Below, piece after piece: positions 1 to 9,005 of a DNA stretch of 64,000 nucleotides; position 1 is the stretch's first letter, and each line of letters opens with the position of its first letter. The DNA is from Oscillospiraceae bacterium (GTDB lineage Bacteria; Bacillota; Clostridia; Oscillospirales; Ruminococcaceae), in the NCBI GenBank assembly GCA_009777835.1, contig WRKZ01000001.1:23696-87695 (forward strand). The letters run 5' to 3'. The notes beneath the pieces were generated by a model. It did no database searches. It was not told the DNA's origin and was given only the letters and a program-made list of their open reading frames with translations. The position numbers and the translations under genes were made by a program.

Positions 1-15
1 TCGCTCAGTTCTTTA

Positions 16-465
16 ATGAGCGAAACCTTCATGGTGGGTATGGCTGCACTGTTCGCAATGGCGATTTATCTGTTGTTAGTCGCTGTTCCTGCTTATAAAG
101 ACGGAGTTGCCGAGGGGATTAAAGCCAAGAATCAAAGCCCCGATGAATCCATTGCCAAACCTAAACACACCTGGGCATTAATCGGGGTGATTTTGTGTGG
201 GGTGATGCTGATTCCCACGATTGTGTATCTGTCGGGCTCGCTTAATATGGGGGTTTATCGCTTGATTTGCGGTGCGATTTTTCCGTTGTCTTACTTTTTT
301 GAGTGGACTGTTTTGGGTGACATCGGTATTACCGAAAGGGGATTCTACGGTTTCGCGCCGTTTGTTTTTATGGGATTCTACGCATTGACGATTCCTGCGT
401 GTCATCTGGGATTTATGTTGGGCTTCGGAGATAAACTCAACAAGGATAAGATTATGTATAAGTAA
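16..465 (+). CDS. Hypothetical integral membrane protein (about 4 TM); may be 5'-truncated by the window edge
   Basis: ORF track; several hydrophobic stretches; the frame is open back to position 1. Confidence 0.7.
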   Translation: MSETFMVGMAALFAMAIYLLLVAVPAYKDGVAEGIKAKNQSPDESIAKPKHTWALIGVILCGVMLIPTIVYLSGSLNMGVYRLICGAIFPLSYFFEWTVLGDIGITERGFYGFAPFVFMGFYALTIPACHLGFMLGFGDKLNKDKIMYK

Positions 466-530
466 TTTGCAATTTGCCAAGAATTTGGCGGAGGATTTTG
501 CAAACGAACCATGATTGTGAGAATAAATTC

Positions 531-926
531 ATGCTGAACATCAAAAAAATACGCGGCGACTTCGGGGAAGCCGCCGTTTGTGCTTATTTAACAGAGCGCG
601 GTTACGAAATCATACAGACTAACTACCGCAAGTCAGGCGGTGAAATCGATATAATTGCAAATAATATTTGCTATAACGACGAAATCGTGTTCGTTGAAGT
701 CAAGACAAGAAAATTCGGAAGTTTAATTGACGGGTTGGAGTCGGTCACGCAGGAGAAAAGACGGCGAATTGTCAAGACAGCCGGTTCGTTTCTTCGGGAG
801 AATCCGCAGTTCGGTGGTATGAACGCACGATTCGATGTCGCCGCGGTAATCGTTACTACAGAAGAGTTGCCCCGGGTTCTCGAAATCGAATACATTCGTG
901 ATGCGTTTGAACCGGCTTTGCTCTGA
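531..926 (+). CDS. yraN: YraN/UPF0102 family PD-(D/E)xK nuclease-like protein
   Basis: G-x-x-GE-x-x-V..YL..GY.I...N.R...GEIDII..IVFVEVKTR...RFDV motifs; start moved to ATG 531 on family length. Confidence 0.92.
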   Translation: MLNIKKIRGDFGEAAVCAYLTERGYEIIQTNYRKSGGEIDIIANNICYNDEIVFVEVKTRKFGSLIDGLESVTQEKRRRIVKTAGSFLRENPQFGGMNARFDVAAVIVTTEELPRVLEIEYIRDAFEPALL

Positions 927-929
927 TTG

Positions 930-1358
930 TCATTGTGTCATGTGGAATTTTTCGTTTTTCTTTGCCCCGATTAAGTAAAGCAACGGTGCTGCCGAAAAGA
1001 GTATCAGCGAAAGCAAAGAGAAGATTACGATGGTCGCGGTCAGCCCCAGAAGAATCCCCGAAAGTATGACCAGTCGGTTTGATTTGTTCGGGGTGTTACC
1101 GTAGACGAGTCCCATGATTGCCACAACGAGCGAGTAAACGCCGATTAGGACTACGAACATTCCGACAACGGCGAAAGCCGCCGACATAGCCGGAAATTCG
1201 ATAGTGAAAAGCGTTAACATACTCAATAAAAAAGAAAACGCACTTCCTACGGTTGCGATTACAACCCCCGACCACATAATTATTATCGATTGAAAGAGCA
1301 GCAGAACCGAAGAGACACGAACCAAGTGTCTGCCGGGAGATTTTATCGGCTTGTTCAA
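930..1358 (-). CDS. Hypothetical membrane protein (3-4 TM)
   Basis: 142-aa hydrophobic ORF; its start overlaps the metA stop by 4 nt. Confidence 0.75.
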   Translation of the reverse strand: MNKPIKSPGRHLVRVSSVLLLFQSIIIMWSGVVIATVGSAFSFLLSMLTLFTIEFPAMSAAFAVVGMFVVLIGVYSLVVAIMGLVYGNTPNKSNRLVILSGILLGLTATIVIFSLLSLILFSAAPLLYLIGAKKNEKFHMTQ

Positions 1359-2311
1359 ATTCCGTCACCCCCTATGAAATATGACAGCGGCTGAATCTCG
1401 CCCAAATCGTAGGGAGTCCCTTTATAAACGCAGAAGTTCAGCCAGTTGGAGTACATCAAGCTTGCGTGACCCCGCCAGGTGTACAACGGCCGATTTTCGG
1501 GGGCATCGCCGGGGAAATAATTGTACGGGATTTCCGGGTTTATACCCTTCTCCACGTCTCGCTGATATTCGTTTTTGAGGGTGTTGTGGTCGTATTCGGC
1601 ATGACCCGTCACGAAGAATCGTCGGTCACTCTTATCGGCGATGATGTGCGTCCCGGAAAGCGGAGAGCTTACCAGGATTTTCAAATCTTTACAGGATTCG
1701 ACCTCTTCGGGAACAACCTCGGTATATCTCGATTGCGGTACGTAGAACACTTCGTCAAACCCTTTCAGCAACGGATGATTCCGCTCATCGCAATGGGCTT
1801 TTTGCGGATAAATCCCCGAAAGTTTCTTCGGTAATTCCCGCTTATTGATTCCGTAGTGATAGTAAAGCCCTGCCTGCGCCCCCCAACAAATGTGCATGGT
1901 GGAGTACACGTTGGTCTTCGACCACTCCATAATCGTGCAGAGTTCGTCCCAGTAAGCGACCTCCCGAAACTCTAACTTCTCGACCGGCGCACCTGTGATT
2001 ACGAGTGCGTCGAAACGTTCGTCTTTGACTTCATCAAAAGTTGTATAGAATGACGACATATGCTCACTTGATGTATTAGTCGAGGCATAGGTAGCTGTTT
2101 TTATGAGGGTTATGTCAATTTGAATCGGCGAATTCGACAGCAAGCGCATGAGCTGTGTCTCGGTTTCGATTTTAGTGGGCATCAGGTTGACAATCGCGAC
2201 TTTAAGCGGACGAATATCCTGCTTTAACGCTTCGTCAGTCGCCAAAACGAATATGTTTTCGTTTTGCAGGGTTTTATAAGCGGGCAGATTCCGCGATATA
2301 TTTATAGGCAT
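1355..2311 (-). CDS. metA: MetA-family homoserine O-acyltransferase, predicted O-acetyltransferase
   Basis: NLMPTK, ITGAPVE, catalytic C142 in ICWGAQA, GHAEY; Glu111 is the residue known to select acetyl-CoA. Confidence 0.95.
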   Translation of the reverse strand: MPINISRNLPAYKTLQNENIFVLATDEALKQDIRPLKVAIVNLMPTKIETETQLMRLLSNSPIQIDITLIKTATYASTNTSSEHMSSFYTTFDEVKDERFDALVITGAPVEKLEFREVAYWDELCTIMEWSKTNVYSTMHICWGAQAGLYYHYGINKRELPKKLSGIYPQKAHCDERNHPLLKGFDEVFYVPQSRYTEVVPEEVESCKDLKILVSSPLSGTHIIADKSDRRFFVTGHAEYDHNTLKNEYQRDVEKGINPEIPYNYFPGDAPENRPLYTWRGHASLMYSNWLNFCVYKGTPYDLGEIQPLSYFIGGDGI

Positions 2312-2347
2312 GGTGATTCGACCTTTCCGTAATGTAAGAATAACTTC

Positions 2348-2356
2348 ATTATATCA
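2348..2356 (-). promoter_or_regulatory. Extended -10 promoter (TGaTATAAT) for metA
   Basis: Minus strand reads tgatataat about 37 nt upstream of the ATG; SD ggaaagg present. Confidence 0.55.
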
Positions 2357-2363
2357 CAAACCC

Positions 2364-2407
2364 TAAACAGAATCAACCCCGGAAGCGTAAACTCCCGGGG
2401 TTGATTC
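2364..2407 (-). terminator. Intrinsic terminator after the serpin-fusion gene
   Basis: Perfect 13-bp stem gaatcaaccccgg/ccggggttgattc followed by tgttt on the minus strand. Confidence 0.75.
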
Positions 2408-2473
2408 ACAAGGAAAAAAGGAAAACAATGAAAACAAGCAGTTTTAATGGGTCGGAGTAATAATACGTGTAGT

Positions 2474-5400
2474 CTAGATTTCCAGCAACGCGCCGATGAA
2501 AATCGGTGTATTTGTCGTGTTATCAACAATCGCGAAGACGAATGGGCGGTTCAAGTCAACCTGTTTTGGTGTCAGTGACCAATCCCAAGCGTCCACGACC
2601 ACCGTTGTTACTGCCGCCGCTTTCGTGCCGGATTCATCTACTTCGATAAAAGTCTTGTGAAAAACGCCGCCGATATAGATGTTTCCATCCGGGGAGAGTG
2701 CTGTGCCGAGTTTCGAGAAGTCTGCATCGCGTTCATTGAATGCGGTAGACATTCCCATAGCTTTCAGAATATCGTTGAGTTCTATATCATATTCAAACGT
2801 GAATTTCGGCAGGAAGGTAATCAAGCCTTCTGACGGAGTTCTTGCCGACTTGAGTGCCTTGGTGATACCTTCCCCGCTCATGCTCTCGATATAGTCTTCG
2901 ATGCTTATCCCCTCATTCGGAAGGAATGCCGCAAAGGAATAGTGTCCGCCGGCATAATCTTTGGTGAAGCCGGTCGCATTTTCGGTTTGGAAGTATTTCA
3001 TGTCCTTTTGGTCGATTGCCAACATAAAGTCAACGTTTTGTTTGCTTCCGTCGGCTTTGGTGAAGTCACGTTTAATGACATCCTTCTCTTCATACTGTGA
3101 TTCCCAGGTCGAATCAAAAGCGATTGCGTTAATCAGGAACATAATGGTCAGTGGGTCGATTTCTTCCTCAGGGTTGAGGATTTCGTTAATCATGCCTTGG
3201 GTGCTTTGCGAAACCCATTCGTTAATGTCGGTGATTGCTTGGCTATCGAACGCCGACGGTTTAATCAGGGCGTTATAGAAAAGCTCATTCGTTTTAAGGA
3301 AGGCTTCCTTTATCGTGAAAATCTTCGGGGTTTCTCTGTACCAAATCGAGTTGGCGATTTCCAGTTTAGAACCCTCCACACTCGGCAATCCCGCTACATA
3401 TGCCGATAAAGCTTCGTTGAGTTGTGCGAGGCTTAATCCGCGTCCGAGTACGGCTTCCATCTCGGAAAGGGTCGTTCCGTCTGCTCCGTTAGCCGTCATA
3501 GCTAATGCAAGCAGAATCGACAGCGGCGAAACCAGATTGTTTTCGTCTGATTTTTCGGCAAAGCTCTTTTTGAATACATCAACCGTTAAATCTGCGAGTG
3601 CCGGCGCGAATTCGCTGTGCTGTTCGTACAAAAACGGTGCGGGTGCAGGCTCTTCAATCGGTTCTTTTGGTTCGGGTGCAGGGGTCGAAACGACGGTTCC
3701 GTTCAGCCCCAACGCCCCGCTTTGGGTGAAGTCTTTCAGCGACATTGAAACGACCGAATTGTTCGAAACAGCGTACGCATAATCGCCGATATACAGTCCG
3801 CGCTTGAATTCCGTTTGAGAGCCTTGGGTGTTGCTTAAAATTTCACCGAGCAGCGTGAATCCGTTTTCGGAATCATACGAAAGGAACGCAAATCCCGAAA
3901 CCTGCCCGCCCGTGGCGGATTTAATGTATGGGAAGCCGATGATATTCTTCTCCGGTACAACAAGAACCGATTTATGCTCACTTTCAAATGGGCTGCTATA
4001 GTAAGCGTAGGAACCGTTGTTTGTGTTGTTGGTGAGTTGATAAACGTCCAATTCGTTCAGCTCTTCGCCGTCTGCTACGTCAAACATGGTGATTTTAAGC
4101 CCCATGCGGACTCCGTTATCGTCGGTATCAACCCCGAAACCGAGGAGCAATCCCTCTTCGGAATCCCATTGGTGCAGATAGCGTGAGAAACCGGGAATCT
4201 TCAGTTCGCCCAGAAGAACAGGGTTAGTGGGTTCGCTTAAATCGAACGCAAACAACGGGTCGGTCTGCCAGAAAGTCACGATGTAGCCGCGGTCGCCGAT
4301 GAATCGTACCGAGTGAACGCTCTCGCCGAACCCGATTCGGTGAACCTCCGCCAAAATGTTCATACCTTCGTCAAATGTGTACAACGTTCCGCCCTGGAGT
4401 CCGTACATTTCGTCGAAATCAATCGGTACAAACGTCCGCATTGCCCAGTAAGTTCCTTGCAGACTTTCGGGAATGGGCAGAATGGTTGTGTTTTCCGATT
4501 GTTCGGGGCCTTTACCCCAAATTTCGGTCACTACCCGGAGGATGCCTTCGTGTTCGTCTAAATTGAACTGGTTGCGAATGTTCCCCTTGACCCTGCCTTG
4601 GGCGACGTATTCGATTTCGCCCGAGTCAAACGAAAACTTGTCGATGGTGGTGAAGTTTTCGTAGTTGCCGCTCCACCAACCCCATCTCCACCAGAGGTTG
4701 CTTTCGCTTCTTGTGATGTAGATGTTTTCGAGGGACGCATAAATGGTCTGAACCGAGCCGAGGTTCGCCATTACCGATACGGGGAGTTCTTCCCGCTCAA
4801 CGTCAAGCCCGCCGATTACCGTGTAGGAAATGTGGTCGAGTTCTTCCGGGAGGATGATTGATTTCCCGGGAACAATACAGCGTTCCCCGTTTGAGGTGTA
4901 GGAAGGAACGTATTCTTCAAGATTTTTGAATCCCAAACTGTCGGAGGTTGCCAGAATTTTCAGCGAAGGCGTGTAGTTGGAAATGAGGTATACGTTATTT
5001 TCCGACATTCTTGACGAGTGATATTGCCCCTTCTGCGAATAAGACGAGAGCGGCGCAGAGAAATCTCCGGCGGTATCGTACACATCCACGAATACTTCAT
5101 GCTCAAAATAAGAGATGTTGGAGGTGTAGGTCTTCCCGTTGTAGTCGTATTCGGTGGGGATTACGGTAAGGTCATGTCTGCCCCAAATCACGACCAGTTT
5201 GCCCTCATAAAGCAACATTTCATGGAGTTGGACAGCATCTTCGGGGAGGTTGATTTTAGCCTTGAGATTCATATCCCCGTTGTCGGTTTCGATAACGTTC
5301 ACGCCGATACCTTCGGAGGTGAATTTGTGTGCCGTTTCGTTATATCTGAGTGTCCCCGGCGCGACCACGTAGATGTTTTTTCCGTCGGTCTTGACTATGT

Positions 5401-5929
5401 CACCTTCTTGAATCCCTTCAACCTGGTTGTTCGTTCCGGAAAAGTCGAGTTCCGGGGTAGGGTTGCCGTCACTCCATGGGATAGAGTTGGTGGGTACTAC
5501 GAGATTACGAATTTCTCCCAAGTGCGAGTCATCCCAAAGATTCCCGCCCATTTGATGATTCCAGCCTTCAGCTTGAGTGAGTTCGTTAATCATGCGATAC
5601 AGTGTGACGTAATCGACATCGGTGTCCATTTTCGCCAACCACATCAGAATAATCAGTACGTCATCGATGGTGATTTTACCATCGAAGTTTAGGTCGAGGC
5701 GTTGTGACTCTTCCTCCGAAAGTGTGCGCATCTTCGCGAGATGTTTGAGGATTTCCAGTGCGTCGCCTATGGTGTAGGCGGCAGTTCCCGACGAGTTGCC
5801 GGAATTGACGGATTCGGTCGTTTCGGCTTCCGAAATCGAAACCGCCCCGGTTGTAAAGAGCGTGGTGAACAATAAACTCAAGCAGACAAGCAGTGCGGTG
5901 AGTTTCCTTCTTACTTTTTGTTGAAACAT
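2474..5929 (-). CDS. Secreted dockerin / beta-propeller (Beta_propel, COG4880-like) / serpin fusion protein
   Basis: Signal peptide; dockerin-like TIGDALEILKHLAKM and DLNFDGKITIDDVL; FSGTNNQVEGIQEGDIVKTDGKNIY and DPLFAFDLSEP propeller motifs; serpin SPLSI, INEWVSQST, EVDESGTKAAA hinge and NRPFVFAI. Confidence 0.88.
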   Translation of the reverse strand: MFQQKVRRKLTALLVCLSLLFTTLFTTGAVSISEAETTESVNSGNSSGTAAYTIGDALEILKHLAKMRTLSEEESQRLDLNFDGKITIDDVLIILMWLAKMDTDVDYVTLYRMINELTQAEGWNHQMGGNLWDDSHLGEIRNLVVPTNSIPWSDGNPTPELDFSGTNNQVEGIQEGDIVKTDGKNIYVVAPGTLRYNETAHKFTSEGIGVNVIETDNGDMNLKAKINLPEDAVQLHEMLLYEGKLVVIWGRHDLTVIPTEYDYNGKTYTSNISYFEHEVFVDVYDTAGDFSAPLSSYSQKGQYHSSRMSENNVYLISNYTPSLKILATSDSLGFKNLEEYVPSYTSNGERCIVPGKSIILPEELDHISYTVIGGLDVEREELPVSVMANLGSVQTIYASLENIYITRSESNLWWRWGWWSGNYENFTTIDKFSFDSGEIEYVAQGRVKGNIRNQFNLDEHEGILRVVTEIWGKGPEQSENTTILPIPESLQGTYWAMRTFVPIDFDEMYGLQGGTLYTFDEGMNILAEVHRIGFGESVHSVRFIGDRGYIVTFWQTDPLFAFDLSEPTNPVLLGELKIPGFSRYLHQWDSEEGLLLGFGVDTDDNGVRMGLKITMFDVADGEELNELDVYQLTNNTNNGSYAYYSSPFESEHKSVLVVPEKNIIGFPYIKSATGGQVSGFAFLSYDSENGFTLLGEILSNTQGSQTEFKRGLYIGDYAYAVSNNSVVSMSLKDFTQSGALGLNGTVVSTPAPEPKEPIEEPAPAPFLYEQHSEFAPALADLTVDVFKKSFAEKSDENNLVSPLSILLALAMTANGADGTTLSEMEAVLGRGLSLAQLNEALSAYVAGLPSVEGSKLEIANSIWYRETPKIFTIKEAFLKTNELFYNALIKPSAFDSQAITDINEWVSQSTQGMINEILNPEEEIDPLTIMFLINAIAFDSTWESQYEEKDVIKRDFTKADGSKQNVDFMLAIDQKDMKYFQTENATGFTKDYAGGHYSFAAFLPNEGISIEDYIESMSGEGITKALKSARTPSEGLITFLPKFTFEYDIELNDILKAMGMSTAFNERDADFSKLGTALSPDGNIYIGGVFHKTFIEVDESGTKAAAVTTVVVDAWDWSLTPKQVDLNRPFVFAIVDNTTNTPIFIGALLEI

Positions 5930-6073
5930 GGTAACGTTCTCCTTTTATATAAAGATTTGAAGCAGGGAAAATTTCCCCTCTATTAATACAAACAATCGAA
6001 AGTGCCGAAATGTTTTAGGTTTTCAAAAAAGTTTTTATTTTTTTTGCGATTTGGGGTTTTTCTGTAAAAAAGC

Positions 6074-6102
6074 TTGCTTTTTCGATTGTTATACATTATA
6101 AT
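6074..6102 (+). promoter_or_regulatory. Sigma-A promoter for the cdaR-ftsEX-metG unit
   Basis: TTGCTT-N17-TATAAT. Confidence 0.65.
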
Positions 6103-6190
6103 AGGTGGGAGTATGTCCGCCGCGCCCGATTTTTCAGTAAATCTTGGGAGAGCAAGGGATAACCTCTAAATTTTGAAAGGGGCAGAAGCC

Positions 6191-7285
6191 ATGACTAATA
6201 AAGCTTTTCAGAACGCAATCAGCCAAATGCAGGAAATCGGCGGGAATCGTGAAATCGGTATACTCGACGATGAGTTAAACGTTGTTGCCTGCAGCGAAGT
6301 CGAGAAAAACGGCAAAGTGTTATCTCTCCCGTTTTATCGGGATGAATACGAATCTCGTGCGACGGCAATCCATGAAGGGTTTACATACAAACCTTTCAGC
6401 GGTTCGGGCAAGCCGGAGTATATCGCGTTCGTTGAGGGAACCGATGAAATTGCTTCAACTATTGCTACTATGCTGACCGTTTCGCTCAATATCGTGAAAC
6501 AGCATTATGAAGAGAAGTATGACCGGAACAATTTCGTTAAAAATATAATACTCGATAATATATTCCACGGTGAAATCGGAATCAAAGCGCGGGAACTCCA
6601 TTTTAATCCCGATGTAACGCGGGTCGCACTTTTGATTCGGGTGGGGAGCCAGGTTGACGTTTCGGTTCTGGAAGTCATACGCAACCTCTTTCCCGATAAA
6701 AGCAAGGATTTTGTTTTTAATATTTCCGAGAATGATGTTGTGCTGGTTAAAGAAATCCGCCACAACACCGATACAAAAAACCTCGAAAAACTGGCGCGTT
6801 CGGTTTCCGATACGCTTTCGGGGGAATTTTTCACTCGTTCGGTTATAGGAATAGGTCTGCCCGTAACGGGAATCCGTGAGCTTGCACGCTCTTTCAGGGA
6901 TGCACAGACTGCTATTGAAGTCGGCAAGGTTTTCGATACGGATAAGAGCATAATCAGCTATTCAAACCTGGGAATCGCCCGTTTGATATATCATTTGCCG
7001 ACCGCACTTTGCGATACCTTCCTGGCTGAAGTCTTCAAGCGCGGCGGAACAATCGAAACGCTTGACCATGAGATTATGTTTACGATTCAGCGGTTTTTCG
7101 AGAACAGCTTGAACGTTTCCGAGACGGCGCGCAAACTCTTCGTTCACAGGAACACGTTGGTTTATCGTCTCGATAAAATCAAGAAGATGACCGGGCTCGA
7201 TTTACGTGATTTCGAAGATGCGATTGTCTTCAAACTCGCCCTCATGGTGAAGAAATACCTCTTAACTAACCCTATGAAGTTCTAA
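6191..7285 (+). CDS. cdaR: CdaR/PucR-family transcriptional regulator (GGDEF-like middle domain, C-terminal HTH)
   Basis: LNVSETARKLFVHRNTLVYRLDKI PucR HTH; typical position upstream of ftsE. Confidence 0.85.
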   Translation: MTNKAFQNAISQMQEIGGNREIGILDDELNVVACSEVEKNGKVLSLPFYRDEYESRATAIHEGFTYKPFSGSGKPEYIAFVEGTDEIASTIATMLTVSLNIVKQHYEEKYDRNNFVKNIILDNIFHGEIGIKARELHFNPDVTRVALLIRVGSQVDVSVLEVIRNLFPDKSKDFVFNISENDVVLVKEIRHNTDTKNLEKLARSVSDTLSGEFFTRSVIGIGLPVTGIRELARSFRDAQTAIEVGKVFDTDKSIISYSNLGIARLIYHLPTALCDTFLAEVFKRGGTIETLDHEIMFTIQRFFENSLNVSETARKLFVHRNTLVYRLDKIKKMTGLDLRDFEDAIVFKLALMVKKYLLTNPMKF

Positions 7286-7315
7286 CGAAATTACGGTAAA
7301 GGAAATCGAAATCGT

Positions 7316-8011
7316 ATGGTTGAATTGAAAAACGTTGAGGTTCATTACGGTGAAACCGGAATCGATGCGTTGAACGATGTGAATATTCGCATTAACGACG
7401 GTGAGTTCGTGTTTATTGTCGGTGATTCCGGTGCGGGGAAGTCCACCATGCTCAAACTGCTTACCAATGAGCTTTCGCCGACAAAAGGCAGGGTTTTCGT
7501 GAACGGGTACAACCTGTCTAAACTGAAGAAGAGCAAACTCCCTAAGTTTCGGCGTTCAATCGGGATGGTGTTCCAGGATTTCCGATTGATTCCCGATATG
7601 ACTGTTTTTGAGAATGTTGCGTTCGTGTTGCGGGCAACCGATAAATCAAAGAAGGTGATTCGTCAGCGGGTTCCGTACGTGCTGAATCTCGTGAAACTCG
7701 CCGACCGGGCAAAATCGTATCCGTCGCAGCTTTCCGGCGGCGAACGCCAGAGGGTGGGAATCGCACGGGCATTCGCCACCGACCCCGGGCTGATTATCGC
7801 GGACGAGCCTACGGGAAACATCGACCCGCGGCTTTCTTACGAAATAGTCGAGCTGTTGTTGGACATTAACAAATGCGGCGCGACGGTCATTATGGTAACG
7901 CATGAGCATGATTTAGTCCAGTATTTCGGCGGGCGAATCATTAATTTGAAAGGCGGTCGGGTCGTATTTGACGATTATATCGGCGGCAGGGGCACGGGAG
8001 AAGAAGTTTGA
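7316..8011 (+). CDS. ftsE: Cell division ATP-binding protein FtsE
   Basis: GDSGAGKST, LSGGERQR, ADEPTGNID; adjacent to ftsX. Confidence 0.93.
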   Translation: MVELKNVEVHYGETGIDALNDVNIRINDGEFVFIVGDSGAGKSTMLKLLTNELSPTKGRVFVNGYNLSKLKKSKLPKFRRSIGMVFQDFRLIPDMTVFENVAFVLRATDKSKKVIRQRVPYVLNLVKLADRAKSYPSQLSGGERQRVGIARAFATDPGLIIADEPTGNIDPRLSYEIVELLLDINKCGATVIMVTHEHDLVQYFGGRIINLKGGRVVFDDYIGGRGTGEEV

Positions 8012-8048
8012 ATGTCATGCCACGTTTGTGGTAGAAAGGCATGGTCAT
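8006..8048 (+). promoter_or_regulatory. Shared leader element, copy 1 (ahead of ftsX)
   Basis: gtttgaatgtcatgccacgtttgtggtagaaaggcatggtcat; 40 of 41 aligned bases match the spoIIIAC copy, plus two 1-nt insertions. Confidence 0.8.
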
Positions 8049-8053
8049 TAAGT

Positions 8054-8971
8054 ATGAGATGGAGTAATTTTACGTATCTTGTAAAGAAGGGCGTTAATTC
8101 GGTTTGGTATAACCGAATGATGTCGTTCGCTTCGTTTTGCGTTCTGTTGGTGAGCCTGCTTATGGTGGGGCTGGCAGTTCTTGCGGCGGTGAATATAAAC
8201 GTGATTTTGAGTTATGTCGAGAATCAGAACGAGATTCTTGTCTTTGCATACGGGGACTTACCCGACAGTGATAACAATCGAATCACAGCAGAATTGCAAG
8301 GAAGTCGTTACGTTTCCCCCGGCGGGGTGGTGTTCAAGTCCAAAGAAAGGGCATGGGAAGAGTACCGCGAACAGTATCCCAATGCAGGTTCGTTGTATGA
8401 ACGCATGGAGCATATGGATTATAATCCCATGCCGAATACTTTTATCGTGACAATCAACGATTTGAGCGGAATCAAGAATGCCGAACGCACCTTCCGTGAA
8501 ATTGACGGGGTTCGTGAGGTTGCTGCCCCGCATGACTTCGCCGAGTTTCTCGTAAAAATCCGAAACACGCTGACTATTATCGGCGGTGCGGTAATCCTGG
8601 CTTTGGTGATTGTCTGCCTCGTTATAATCTACAACTCTTCAAGGGCGAGCGTTTTTGCGCGAAGGCAGGAAATCAATATCATGAAGTATGTCGGTGCGAC
8701 CAACGCTTTCGTGAAGTTTCCCTTTTTGATTGAGGGATTGTTCATCGGGATTTTAGCCGGTGTAGCTTCGTGGGGGTTGACTACCGTTGCGTATAACTCG
8801 ATTATTTCGATGTTCGGCAACGATTATATGCTTTGGCAGGTACTCGGCTTGGGCGAATTGATTGCGTTCAGCGATATTTCGTGGTACGTTCTCGCCGCGA
8901 ACTGCGCCGCAGGCTCACTCTTGAGTGCGACCGGCACGATTATGAACATGGGCAAACATCTGAAAGTCTAG
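8054..8971 (+). CDS. ftsX: Cell division permease FtsX
   Basis: N-terminal ..YLVKKG...NRMMSFAS, RRQEINIMKYVGAT, PFLIEG, four TM segments. Confidence 0.92.
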   Translation: MRWSNFTYLVKKGVNSVWYNRMMSFASFCVLLVSLLMVGLAVLAAVNINVILSYVENQNEILVFAYGDLPDSDNNRITAELQGSRYVSPGGVVFKSKERAWEEYREQYPNAGSLYERMEHMDYNPMPNTFIVTINDLSGIKNAERTFREIDGVREVAAPHDFAEFLVKIRNTLTIIGGAVILALVIVCLVIIYNSSRASVFARRQEINIMKYVGATNAFVKFPFLIEGLFIGILAGVASWGLTTVAYNSIISMFGNDYMLWQVLGLGELIAFSDISWYVLAANCAAGSLLSATGTIMNMGKHLKV

Positions 8972-9005
8972 AACCGATTATTATCTATTATAAAGGAATT
9001 TTCTC

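Noticed and set aside
2312-2363. SAM riboswitch or T-box upstream of metA (also checked for metG)
   Set aside because: The leader is about 35 nt in each case, too short, and no S-box or T-box motif is visible
5018-5692. 224-aa plus-strand ORF and similar ORFs inside the serpin fusion
   Set aside because: Fully antisense to a well-supported gene; no motifs
8012-8053. Longer N-termini given by the ORF track (ftsX, yraN, DUF58, trmD, SDR, rel, spoIIIAC/AD/AE/AF, 50983)
   Set aside because: Downstream starts fit SD position and family N-termini better
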